A DNA stretch of 63,527 bases, counting the filler, from Fonticula-like sp. SCN 57-25 (Eukaryota): assembly GCA_001724245.1 (NCBI GenBank). It is 3 parts of 3 records of this genome, joined end to end, with 100 filler letters (N's around TTAATTAATTAA, not from the genome) between each part and the next. Parts side by side here need not be neighbours in the genome. Positions count along the whole stretch, not along the records: positions 1 to 22,030 come from MEDX01000077.1; 2 more parts are not named here. The stretch is one strand, 5' to 3'. Every line of letters starts with the position of its first letter. The stretch's first letter is position 1. A program made the translations under genes and the position numbers. Under the pieces are notes generated by a model. It did not search any database and had not been told where the DNA came from. It saw only the letters and a program-made list of their open reading frames with translations. Shown piece by piece: positions 10,805 through 22,130 of the stretch.

Positions 10805-12672
10805 CTACAGCTCGCTAAGGTCGATCTCGTCTAGCGCACCTTCCTCGTGCTCCGTCACGTTCGGCGTGCTCTCGTCGCTCTGGTCGCTCGGCGTTGCCGA
10901 CGCGTTGTTGTCATACCCCCCCTCCTCCAAGGCGCGGAGCTTTTCGTCCAGCGAGACGCTGCTGCGCTCAGAGTCGATGATATGCGTCGCCTGGTCGTCG
11001 CGCACGACGAGCGCTGCGGTGCTCATTTCCGGCCCCGCCGTGACGTAGCGAACGTTGGGGTTGACGCGCTGCAGCGTCTGCTGGCGGTAGTAAAAGGGGA
11101 TCTTGGAGTTTTGGCCGGCCATCTGGAGGCTGCCGCTCGAGTCGGACGACGACGAGATGCTCGAGCGCCGCGCGACCGGGGCGCGCACCGAAATGCTGAT
11201 GAGGATGACAGACACCATGAATACAGCGGTGATGTCGCTCGCGAGGTCGATGGCGGCGCCCTGGATGGGCTTGAGGTCCATGAAGCGGATGGCCGCCGAG
11301 GCCGCGAGCTGCACGAGAAAGGCGGCAAAGCCGAGCACGGTCGACCACACGATGATGGTCAGCTTGAGCGTCACGGCGCGGCTCGTCACGTTCATCCTGA
11401 CGCGCCCGATGCTTGCGATAATAAACGAGCCGAGGTAGATGTACATAAAGGCCATGGTGGTGAGGATGGGCACCAAGAGGGCAAAGAAGGCGATCTCAAT
11501 GTTGGACGCCGTCGCGCTCGCCGGGAACGACTCGCTGAGCGCGGACGCGGCGCCCAGAATGGCGAGCACCGGAATGCCAAGGTACGCGAGAATGCGCGCG
11601 CACATGGCCGCGCGGCGGATTCGCATGGGCGCGCCCACCTGGCGGTCAGTGATGGACGCCCAGTTTACGAGGAGGGCGACGAGCGAAAAGTAGGCAAAGA
11701 GAAGGCCGAGCCAGTAGACCATGCGGCTCATGGGGTACGGCCATGTGGCGTGCGGGCCCCAGGTCATCTCGTTCGTGCCGTACTGGATCACGCGGACAAG
11801 CGCGTAGAGGCCGTTCCAGCCAAACATAAACATGCGGAACTTGATGCCGGCGCCCTCGCTGTACTTTTGGTACACGAGAAAGCCCATCTGGGCGACCACG
11901 TACAAGAGAAGAAGGAGAAAGACCGAGAAAAGGCTCCAGCGAATAGCGTTGTAGCCCTCCGATAGCACAAATGTCGTTTTTACCGATTCAGCTGCGGCGG
12001 CGGCGCGTTAGCGAGGGCGGCGGTAAAAGCGCGCGCGCGTACCATTGGTGAGCGTGACAATGTAATTTGGCGGAATTGCAAGTAGCCGCTCGCCGTCCGC
12101 GGCCGATACCATTTGGAAGCGAGTGAGAACAGCGCGCGCGTAGTCGCTCTCCGGGTTGGCCGGCTGCAAAATGCCCCACTTGTCCTCGTCCTGGTACCCA
12201 GGGTTTTTCACGCTCGTGGAGATCACGATGACGGCCGGCGGTCCAACGATCGCATTAACTTGAACAACAGCGTCGCTCAGGCGGTCGCAGCCCGCATTAA
12301 AGACTTCCTGGAGCGACAGCACGAGGATGCGCGCGTCGCGCGTGATCGGCCATGTCAGCTCGCAGCCGGCCGACAGCTTGCCCACGTGCATCAGGGCGCT
12401 CAGGCGGTATTCCGAGACCACCATGTTGGCATCGAACGAGTCAATGCGCGAAACGACAGTGCCGTTGTACTAGAAAGGTTGGGAAGGAAAAAGAGAGGCA
12501 ACCCGTGAGATCGGTGCTTTTTTCGCGGGGAGGGAGAAGTGCCCCGTACCGGATCGATCACGCGGATCATCGCATTCGCTGGGGAAAAAAAAGCTACAAA
12601 AAGCGCCACCATACATAGGAAATATAGTGGGGCGCCCTTCCCGTGAGCGCTCATCCTGGAGACGCTCGTCAT
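10805..12672 (-). CDS. Signal peptide + PA-like ectodomain + seven-transmembrane (GPCR-like) protein (3 exons)
   Basis: Exons join in frame through GTACGG..TAG and GTACGC..CAG introns. There are seven hydrophobic segments between about 11950 and 11190 and an acidic Ser-rich cytoplasmic tail. The start could alternatively be 12612. Confidence 0.65.
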
Positions 12673-12750
12673 GGCGGCTGCCCTTAGTTGTGCCGGCGGC
12701 CTCGCCTGCTGTAGCGAAACCCCCGACCAAGCACGGAAAAGAGGGCTGAT

Positions 12751-12838
12751 GTGATTGGCCCACTCAATCGCCATGCACAGGCGGCCAATCAGCTTTCGAA
12801 TGCTTGGCTGCGGAAGGCAAACATTACCAGCCAATCAG
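12751..12838. promoter_or_regulatory. Cluster of three CCAAT boxes upstream of the 7TM gene
   Basis: GTGATTGG at 12751, CCAATCAG at 12785 and CCAATCAG at 12831. Confidence 0.5.
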
Positions 12839-13041
12839 GAGTCGATCGTCTTCCGACTCGGGGTGAGCGAGGCTCGATCACACTGTTTTTCGCTAAAGAG
12901 GTCAAAGAATGCAGCGGTGTCGTATCCAGGCAACGTAAAACAGCGGGAAGTGCAGAAATACATTCCGGGTAGCGTTGCGAACAAATGTACAGTATAGCTT
13001 GAAGAAAATGCAAAGAAAAACTCGAGAAAAGAGGGAAATGC

Positions 13042-14379
13042 CTACTCGGCGTCGCCTTCGGTGAGCGCGTTGCCGTGGCCCGGCTCGCCGCTGCGTTTCC
13101 TCAGGTGCTTGTGGAATCCCTCGCGCTGCGCATACGTCACGCCGCACTTGCAGCGAAACGGCATGTGAAAGTGACGCTGGAGGTGCGTCCGGAGCTTGTG
13201 TTTGCGCACATTCTTTTCCTGGACGTAGTCGCAGTACATGCACTTTGTCTGGTCCTCGGCCTCGATGTGCAGAATGTGCTCCACGAGCAGCTCGGCGGTC
13301 GGAATGTCCTGCAGGCACGCTTCTTGGGGGCAAAAGGGCAAGTTCCACTTTTTGTAGCAGCCGTCGCGGAACCACTCGGCGCTGTGCCGCCGCTAAAGAT
13401 CCGCGTCAGCAAGGATGATCGCGCGACATTCGCGTACCTTTTCGTCGTCGGTCCAGTTGGCGCTTGACCCGGCCGGCACATTGGGAAACGCGACGACATC
13501 CGAGGCGTGCGTGCGGGCGTTTGAGGACGAGCGGTCGCGCCACACGCGAGGCCGCTGCTGGCTCGCTGCGCCAGCCGAGCCCCGGCGTGCTCCCGTTGCC
13601 ATCATCTGCATGCTCGCGTGGTCGCCTTCCACAAGCTGGGCGGTGGACGCGAGCGACATGAGGGAGGCGGCAAAGTCGGTGACAGAGTGCTGAGGGTGGC
13701 CGCCGTCGTCCACAAAGAACGGCTGCTGCGGAGCGTCGACGCGGCCAACGCGCCTTACTTGAACCGGCATGAACCGCGGGATTTGCGGCGAAGACATCGA
13801 CGGCTGTACGCCGTGCGAATAGTCGTCTGCGATGGCAAACTCCTCCGCCACGGCCATCACCGGCTGCCCGCGCTGAACGGTGTGCCGCGGCAGCAGCGCC
13901 AGATGACCCGGGGCCGCGTTGGGCACGTTGAGAAGCAGAGCGCCGGCGCCCTGCACGCTGTGCATTTGCGGATGCTGGTAGATCGCCTCCATCCTCGGGT
14001 CGACGACATATTGGGCCTCATGGAGCGCTTCGACGGCGTCGAGGGGCTCGTAGAGGTACGCGGGTCCCGGCTGGAAGGTGCGCGGCAGCGGCACATTCGG
14101 CGCTATCGTTGTCACCACATGGCTATAACCCATCGCTGCCGCCTTGGACACGCCCTCTGCTGGCGACGAGCTTCCACGGCGGTCCGTTGGCAGCCCGACG
14201 GCATCGGCGGTGCGCTTACGGTTGTTGGTCGGAGCAGCCGAGCCCGACGGCAGGATCAGCGCAGATGGCATCATCGTGTTCACAGAACCAAGACCCAGAA
14301 GCATGTCTGCCTCACGCGCGTAGAGCTCTTCGTTGACGTTGTCTCCCGACGAAGCATGCTGGCTCGTCCTGCGAGACAT
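13042..14379 (-). CDS. C2H2 zinc-finger protein, putative transcription factor (2 exons)
   Basis: Low-complexity N-terminus spliced (GTACGC..CTGAC..TAG, about 13393-13437) to CMYC..HLQRH and CKC..HKH fingers. Confidence 0.7.
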
Positions 14380-15115
14380 CGACAAAGCTGGCTTTGCACA
14401 ATGCCTGCCTCAAGATGGGCGGGAAGAGTTGATGGGCGCGCGCGTGATTTATAAATAAAGTAAAGTCGTCCAGAATACAGATACCTACACAGCGCGGCAA
14501 CCGGGTGAGAGGCGGGCCGAAGAACCGACCGCGTACCTGGCGCACACCGCGGGCTATCGGGCACACCGCAGTCTCTTTGGCTTTTCCCTAGCTTTGCAGT
14601 CTGGCACTTGTAACGTCTCTAATTCTACCCTGGCATGCATCTGAGACGAAAAATGCTTTATCGGCATATCCGTTGCTGTTTCGTGTGTTTCGAGAGCAAA
14701 GTAGTGCAAAAGCTGCGTGTACGACATGAACGTGTCGTATGCCGGACGTATACGTTTCATGTGCGCCCCGTGTGCCCCTGTGCGGGTCCCCACCGAGCCT
14801 CTTCCCAGCCTTGCGACTTGCACGTCCCTTTTGATGCAATCAGCACAACCGTGCCACAACCCTGCTGCAATTAAGGCCTGGTCACCTGGATCGACCAATC
14901 AGGACGCGGCGACGACAATCACGAGACGACCCACCAAATTCCGCCTCATTTCCTTTTTGGGACGGTCATGGGGTCTATAAACCTCGCGCGTGGCCGCTTC
15001 CCTGGACGCACTTCCCCTCTGCTCGCACAGGTGCCGAGCGAGTGCAGGCGCGTTTGGATTTCCGTTAGACGATCCCCCTACCTTTATACAAAGCGCTTCT
15101 CTTCGTCTGTCTAGC

Positions 15116-16660
15116 ATGACGCAAACTGTGGCCGAGTTCTACGCTGGTCGCTCCGTCTTTGTGACGGGCGCCACTGGCTTCCTCGGCAAGTGCCTCATCG
15201 AGAAGCTGATCCGCTCGTGCCCGGATATTGGCTCCATCTACGTCCTCGTGCGCGCCAAGAGGGGTGTCGACCCGCGTCAGCGCGTGCAGGACCTCGTGAC
15301 GGGCGATCTTTTCCAGACGCTCCGCGACACCAAGCCCGGGTTCGAGTCAAAGGTGGTCCCCGTGTGCGGCGACCTCCTCGTCGACGGCCTCGGCATGTCG
15401 GAGGAGGACATTGCCACCCTCCGCGAGAACGTTTCGGTTATCATTCACGTCGCTGCGACCGTCAACTTTAACGAGCATATCAAGACGTCGCTTCAGCTCA
15501 ACGTGATCGCCGTCAAGCAGCTCCTCGCCATGTCGCGCACCTTTAAGGACCTCAAGGCCTTTGTGCACACGAGCACGGCCTACTCGCAGTGCGACCGCGA
15601 GCACATTGAGGAGCGCTTCTACGAGCCTGCCATGGACGTTGACGCCCTTATTCAGCTCGTCAAGTCGATGCCCGAAGAGACGGCGGCTGCCGCCACGCCC
15701 GGCCTCCTCGGCAAGCGCCCCAACACCTACACTCTCACCAAGTCCCTGGCCGAGGCCATTGTCAAGCGCGAGGGCCAGGGCCTTCCGGTCGCTGTCATGC
15801 GCCCGTCCATCGTCGCCGGTATCCGCGCCGACCCCGTCCCCGGATGGCAGGACAACCTCAACGGCCCCGCCGGCATGTATGTTGCCGCGTCGGCTGGTAT
15901 GCTCCGCGTCATGCAGGGCAATCCCAACGCCGTGATGGACCTCGTGCCCGTTGACCACTGCACGTCTCTCCTTATTGCGATCGGCTGGAAGCTCGGCACC
16001 ACCTATAAGGTTGGCGACGAGCCCAAGGTGTACCACTGCACGTCGGGCACCCTGAACCCGTGCACGTGGGGCGAGCAGATCGATTACAGCTTCCGCGCGT
16101 ACAGGAGCCGCGAGCCCCTCGTCGTGCCGCTCATCGAGCCGTCCTTCCGCTTTGTGCAGAACCCCACGCTGTTCAAGACGATGGCCTTTTTCGTGCACAC
16201 GCTCCCGTGCGTCCTCGGCGACACGATGCTTCGTGCTACCGGCCAGAAGCCCGTGCTCCAGCGTATCTTCCGCAAGCTCAACAACGCAATTGACGCCTTC
16301 CACTTTTTCATCAGCCACCAGTGGAGGTGGGACATGGACAACACCATGCAGCTGCGCAAGGATATGGCGGCCGCTGACCGCACCACCTTTGAGTTTGATA
16401 TGACCATCATCAACTGGCCGTCGTACATCGAGTCCTTCTTTGTTGGCGCTCGTCGCTTCGTGCCCCGCCAGGACCCTGCCGTGCAGGCCCGCAACCGCGT
16501 GATCCAGCGTCTCATCCACTTTGTCTTCCTCACCCTTTGCTTGCTGGCGCTGGCCTTTGCGTCCCTCTCCATGTACAATGTTATTACTGGATCGGAGGTG
16601 ACGGCGACTGGCCTCGTTGACATGGCCGTCTCGCGCTTTGCCCTCCCCGCTTCCCAGTAG
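15116..16660 (+). CDS. FAR1: Fatty acyl-CoA reductase (NAD-binding + Sterile domain + C-terminal TM)
   Basis: VTGATGFLGK, HVAATVNF, PNTYTLTKSLAE (YxxxK) and RPSIV motifs, plus a C-terminal hydrophobic helix. A CCAAT box (14895) and a TATA-like element (about 14975) lie upstream. Confidence 0.93.
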   Translation: MTQTVAEFYAGRSVFVTGATGFLGKCLIEKLIRSCPDIGSIYVLVRAKRGVDPRQRVQDLVTGDLFQTLRDTKPGFESKVVPVCGDLLVDGLGMSEEDIATLRENVSVIIHVAATVNFNEHIKTSLQLNVIAVKQLLAMSRTFKDLKAFVHTSTAYSQCDREHIEERFYEPAMDVDALIQLVKSMPEETAAAATPGLLGKRPNTYTLTKSLAEAIVKREGQGLPVAVMRPSIVAGIRADPVPGWQDNLNGPAGMYVAASAGMLRVMQGNPNAVMDLVPVDHCTSLLIAIGWKLGTTYKVGDEPKVYHCTSGTLNPCTWGEQIDYSFRAYRSREPLVVPLIEPSFRFVQNPTLFKTMAFFVHTLPCVLGDTMLRATGQKPVLQRIFRKLNNAIDAFHFFISHQWRWDMDNTMQLRKDMAAADRTTFEFDMTIINWPSYIESFFVGARRFVPRQDPAVQARNRVIQRLIHFVFLTLCLLALAFASLSMYNVITGSEVTATGLVDMAVSRFALPASQ

Positions 16661-16949
16661 ATACTCGCATAATGTTCATCAATTTGTTTGCACTCGTGCA
16701 ATGTTTTGTACTATGATACCGCTATATAAACTCCTGATCTGTTGATTTCGAAATTCTCTAGTCTCGACCGATTGGCCCAAAATGGCAAATTTAGATCAAT
16801 CGCACCATATTAGGGAATTTAACCGTATTAGGAAGTTTCCGATTGGCATGTCTGCAAGACGAGTGTCTGCTGCAAAAATTTCTTGTTGGCAGAAAACGTT
16901 TGCGAAAAAAGGAAGACTTTCCGTGTCCGTTAGCACCTCTTTTGCCCGC

Positions 16950-18438
16950 ATGATGGCATTTCATGGTTGCAACGAGATCGAGCGTCCGATGCCGAGCCCG
17001 TCGGGCACGCCAGGAGCGTTGCGCCTCAGTGGGCTCGGGTCGCAAGGTTGCGATGCGGCTGCGCCATCGACCACGGGCCTACGTCTCAGCATCGACGGTA
17101 TGCGCGTGAGCTGCCGCTTGCGCCACAAAGGGCTAACGCTTGTTTGGTATTCTCAAGGCGTACCGCATTCGCTTTCTTTGTCCTTGAGTCGCCCGATCGA
17201 GCGCCCCACCGACAGCCGGTCTTTGGTGCCAAGCGCGATCGAAAATTCCACTTTGCAAGCGGTTCGCGTTGCTCATTGCAACGTTCTGTTTACTAACATC
17301 TGTATGGCAGGACATGTCTATTGCTTTTGTACCATGCGGTCTCGAGTCCCACTGTACGGCACAGCTTTCTCTCTGATGATCTTGGCTGACTCGTTCCTCT
17401 CAGCAAATCCAGCCGCAGATCTTGCAACAAACGATTTCTCCGCCAAGGTGAAAAAGGTGCACAGCGCACTCAGCCACGCTGCATTGCATGATTCTAACGA
17501 TGCCATAGGAGAGCCGAGAGGGTCCGACCCGCCCGCCCAATTCTTATCTTCTTTTCAACCGCGAGCGTCGCGCGGCATTTCGAAAAATGTACCCTTGCGT
17601 TTCCCCAGGCGACACATCCATCCTTATCGGGAGAGAGTGGAATGCACTATCTTCTGTACGCCCAATTCTGCGCAGGGCAGGATGTCACTCACACTGTGGA
17701 CAGGAGGAGCGTGAAAAGTATGACGCCATGGCGTCTGAGCTGCGCCTTCGGTTTCACGCAGAAAATCCCGACTACAAGTACAGCAACAAGGCGCGCAAGC
17801 GCGCTGCAGAAGCAGATGCGCCTCGGATGATAGTTCCCAAGCTACTCGCCGACGATTCTTTTGTTCTCCAGAATGTGCACCGCGGGCCCGCGGAACTGAG
17901 CGCAGTGGCGGCCCCCGCAGCGCTGGACCCTCGCAGCACCCAGAATTCCATGCCGCCCAGTCCCGTCGCATTGGCTTCGTCGGCAGACATTTTTTCTCAG
18001 GACGACGATTCTTTTAGTTCCTTTTCCGACGCCCAAACTGTGCGGCGTTGCTGGGGATGAAATTTGGACTAACCAATGCCGCAGATCCAAAGGCCCCTCT
18101 CGGCCTTCTTTTGGTATCTCAAAGTCGTGCGGCCAACGCTTCAACTCGAATATCCAGCGGACAGCATGGCACTATTAAGGTACGCTGCGACATGGAAATA
18201 GTAATGGCACGCTGACATGGAGTGTAGCACCCGTATGTCACATTCCTGGCGCCAACTGCCGCCAGAGAACAGGGTGATTTTCGAATCTCTGGCGCGGCAG
18301 GATCAGCTACGCTATCGGGCCGAGCTCGAAAAATTCGCGTGTACAGCAGATGGCTTTCCTCCTGCCTTTTATCCCGAGCAGTTCACAGGGCTTGGCCAAG
18401 GCAGCAGCTCCTTTAACGATTCGGGCCCTGTCAACTAG
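16950..18438 (+). CDS. Two-HMG-box protein (SOX/MATA-type box followed by HMGB-like box); about 8 exons, start uncertain
   Basis: Spliced box 1 is PTRPPNSYLLFNRERR..IGREWNALSS|EEREKYDAMASELRLRFHAENPDYKY. Box 2 is QRPLRPSFWYLKVVRP..SHSWRQLPPENRVIFESLARQDQLRY. Confidence 0.75.
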
Positions 18439-18565
18439 GTTTCCTGTTGATTTATGGCATTGATATAATTTGTATATATATTGCGCGCATTCATTTCCTT
18501 ATTTATTTATTGCTGGATGTTTCAAATGTAGTCACGAAAGAGCCAAATGGTCACATTAAGCATGC

Positions 18566-20156
18566 TCACGCAACGGGGTACTTCATATCACCGACATTGA
18601 AGCCGACGGCCGGGAACTTGACGGCGAACTCGGCAACGCGCTTGCCAAGATCGCGCACGGCCGGGATGTGCTGACCGTCCTTGAGCACCTCCTTAAAGTC
18701 CTTGAACTTCTTTCCGGGGATGGTGGCGTTGAGGCGCGCAGTCTCCTGGATCGCCTCGTGGACAAAGTCCGCCACGACGCGGAAATCCTGCGGGCCGAGG
18801 CCGCGGGTGGTCATGGCGGGCGTGCCAATGCGGAGACCGCGGGGCACGAGCGCGGACTTGTCGCGGGGCACCGTGTTCTTGTTGGCGGCAATGTTGACGA
18901 GCTCGAGCATGCGCTCGACGCGCGCGCCATCGAGGCCGACCGACGTCAGGTCGACGAGGCACAGGTGGTTGTCGGTACCGCCCGACACGATGCTGTAGCC
19001 GTGCTTCATAAAGGCATCAGCAAGAGCCTTGCTGTTCTCCACGACAAGGCGCGAGTACTCCTTGAACGAAGGATCGGCGACCTGCTTGAGCGCGACAGCG
19101 AGGGCAGTGATCGTGTGGTTGTGCGGGCCGCCCTGGTGGCCGGGGAACACGGACGCATTGACGGCGTTCTCAAGCTCGTACATGGTCTCTATCAGCCACA
19201 CAGCGTAAGCGCACTATTAAAAAAAGCAAAGGCGCGCGTACTCTCGCCCTTGGCGTTGACCGAGCGGACGCCCTTGCGGTAAAAGATCATGGCGCCGCGA
19301 GGGCCGCGGAGCGACTTGTGGGTGGTCGTCGTCACAAGGTCCGAGTGGATAAAGGGCGACGGCGCAACACCGGCGGCGACCAGGCCGGAAACGTGGGCCA
19401 TGTCGCTGAGCAGCCAGGCACCGACGCTGTCGGCGATCTTGCGCATGCGGGCGTAGTCGATGCTGCGCGAGTAGGCCGAAAAGCCAGCGATGATGAGCTT
19501 GGGGCGGAAGAGGGCAGCCGAGCGCTCGAGCGCGTCATAGTCGATGAGGCCGGTCTCCTCGTCGAGGCGGTAGGGCATGGTCTCAAAGTAGGCCGAGATC
19601 GCCGAGATCTTCTTCTTGTCGGTCTGGTAGCCGTGCGAGAGATGGCCACCGTGGGGAAGGTCCAGGCCCATGATGCGGTCGTGCGGCTTGAGGACGGCAG
19701 CGTACGCGTGGAGGTTGGCGGGCGAGCCAGAGAGCGCCTGCACATTGACGCCCCACTCGGCGGGGTCAAGCTGGAAGGCCTCCAGGGCGCGCTTCTGGCA
19801 GAGCAGCTCGCTCTGGTCAATGAACTCGTTGCCACCATAGTAGCGGGCGTTCGGGTAGCCCTCCGAGTACTTGTTCTGCATCACAGAACCGAGCGCGTCC
19901 AGCACCGACATGGAGGTGAAGTTCTCCGAGGGGATAAGATCGATGCTCGTGAGCTGGCGGCGCTTCTCGCGCTCAATGATATCAAAGACCTCCGGATCCG
20001 TGTCCACAAGACGGCCGTTGAGGGTCTTGGTCCACTGAAAACAAAAGTAGGGTTAGAGCACATGTCAAACTAGTCAATTAAACGCACGGAAGGGAAGCTA
20101 GAGGTCGCCAGGGCACGACGGCCCACCGGCAGCATGCCACGCATCACCCGTTGCAT
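18566..20156 (-). CDS. SHMT2: Serine hydroxymethyltransferase, mitochondrial (3 exons)
   Basis: [27 protein letters not shown] (PLP lysine) and [11 protein letters not shown] motifs. Arg-rich presequence [20 protein letters not shown]. Confidence 0.95.
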
Positions 20157-20247
20157 GGCGCTCTTCTACGGCTCGGAGCAAAACTGAAGTAAGACGATTC
20201 CGATTGGTCACGGCAGATTTGCAAATTTTCCACCTCTGTTGTCATCG

Positions 20248-20737
20248 ATGGACATTGAGCTGGGGCGCGTCGGCGGCGGCGAGGCGTCAAAGCCGGCGCT
20301 CGACCTGTCGCCATCGCCGAGCCGGTCGCCTCGCGGGGACGCCGCGCCAATGTCGCCGAGCAGTGTTCATTCAAGAATGGGAAGCCCCGGCGTGAGCGAA
20401 GCGCATCAGGTGTCGTGGGGCTTTGACCCGGCCACTGACCGCGTACTGCACGAGTTTGAGACCGTCCGCGACAAGCAGCTGCAGCTCGCCCTCGACCATG
20501 TGAACCTGCCGCCGCTTGTCGTTGACGATGTTTCGGTTGACAATTCCGAGGAGAGCTCTGCAGAGGCCTTTGAGCGCAACGCCGCGCGGTTTCTGCAGCG
20601 CGAGGAGGACATGAGCAAGCTAATGCGAAAGTTGGACGACTTGACGGCAGCTGCGTACGGCCTTGCATGCGCTTATAGTGTGTCGCTAACGTGTGCGCTC
20701 TAGTGAAAAGATCTTTTTATTTGCGCAGATGGGGTAG
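20248..20737 (+). CDS. Small coiled-coil protein, CCDC28/DUF4061-like (tentative)
   Basis: GFDPATDRVLHEFETVRDKQLQLALDH..EEDMSKLMRKLDDL resembles the CCDC28 core. The last exon follows a GTACGG..CTAAC..TAG intron and is uncertain. Confidence 0.5.
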
Positions 20738-20956
20738 CCGCAGATGGCGTGGCACCGCGCACGCCGCTGAGTATATGTGTGTTTGGGCATATTTAGTGTA
20801 CACTACTGTTGATTGTATTATCGGTGTAAAAAAGAAATATAGGCAGTACTCATATATGTGCAGACAAAAACAACTGATATTGGCGGTGATGACGGCGATG
20901 GCTCGCACATGGCACCTTTGGGTGGCATTAACATATAGCGAGGGACAGCAGTCCGT

Positions 20957-21740
20957 CTAGAATCCGTATCCCCAGAAGCCATAGATGGGATACATCGAAA
21001 ACTTGTGGGCGGCCTTGTAGCCGCTCTTGTTGGCCCAGATAGGTCCCAGGATCTGGTTGCAGCGGGTTAGAGCCGAGCAGCGACAGCATCGCGATGGGTG
21101 CGTACGTTCTTGACGATCCAGGGCAGCGAGTCAAGGGCAATAAAGCGCTTGCTATCTTCGGGAGACATGTTGAAGCGGACGAGAACAAACATCTCGCCAC
21201 CTTCCTTTTGAACGTGCTCGAGGATCTATGCAAGCCAGTTAATTCGGGAATCGCTCATCAAAGGGTACGTACGTCCTTGTTAATGATCGCGCAATCTTCG
21301 GGAGAAAGGAAGCGCTCCAGGAACTGGCCGTTAAGCTCGGTCTCCTCGTACAGCAGATGGGGGTTCAAAAAGTCAAAGATCTGCTGCGCCAGATCGCCCA
21401 TCTTGCTGACGCCTTCCTGCGTCGGCGGCTTCTCGGCCACGACCGCGTCCAGCTGGCCAAGGAGGCTGTCGAGCTCGCGGTGCTCGGAAGACAGCTTGGC
21501 AACATGCGCCTTCACCGCCTCGTTGACTTCCTTGCCCTCGCTGTACTTGAGGAAGGCCTTGAAAATAACGTCGTCCTCATTGCTGTGGTGGTGGTGGATA
21601 AAGTGGGCCGTCTGCTCCGAGTAGAACCGGAAAGCCTCAAAGTCGGCGCTCTCAACACCCTTGGAGTTTTTGATAACGCTCTGCAAGAGGTTACGAATGA
21701 CGTTGTGTATGACCTCGGTGTCGGTCGCGAGGGATGACAT
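20957..21740 (-). CDS. Hemerythrin HHE cation-binding domain protein (3 exons)
   Basis: H..HHHHSNEDDVIF..EHREL..HLLYEE pattern. Two GTACG introns splice in frame to the end ..FWGYGF*. Confidence 0.8.
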
Positions 21741-22030
21741 TCCCGCTGCAGGTGCGCTAGGCGACAAGGGGAATGCAGGGCAGCCGAATGATAATCGCCA
21801 AAAGCGGCAGAAACCATGCGATATTGACCAATCAGCGAGCACCCCTGAAAGGGGTTTCGATCCGGATCCAAGTTAACGGGGGCTGTGACACACAGTATAG
21901 AAAGGAGGATAATGGTACGCATGGAGGACACGTACGGGGAGGAGAAAGATCGAAAGTATGACAGGATGGTTGGACGTTAGCAGGTGAAAAAGGGTGATAA
22001 ATCCAGGCTAACCGTCGATCCACTGTCTAG

Positions 22031-22130
22031 NNNNNNNNNNNNNNNNNNNNNNNNNNNNNNNNNNNNNNNNNNNNTTAATTAATTAANNNNNNNNNNNNNN
22101 NNNNNNNNNNNNNNNNNNNNNNNNNNNNNN
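22031..22130. other. Assembly gap with artificial TTAATTAATTAA all-frame-stop linker
   Basis: N44-TTAATTAATTAA-N44 with the same design as the second gap. Confidence 0.95.

Noticed and set aside
13341-13437. Apparent frameshifts between neighbouring ORFs (zinc-finger gene, TOP3A, KDM6, PrimPol)
   Set aside because: All are resolved by short GT-AG introns, so there is no need for programmed frameshifting, editing or pseudogene calls.
16782-17714. 310-aa ORF upstream of and within the HMG gene
   Set aside because: It reads through several introns with clear donor, branch and acceptor signals and is out of frame with the HMG box, so it is not the real product.
22075-22086. Palindromic TTAATTAATTAA inside N runs (also at 43834-43845)
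   Set aside because: It is an artificial all-frame stop linker between contigs. The true gap sizes are larger (the rest of dynein and the start of the TTC7-like gene are missing), so adjacency across gaps is not interpretable.
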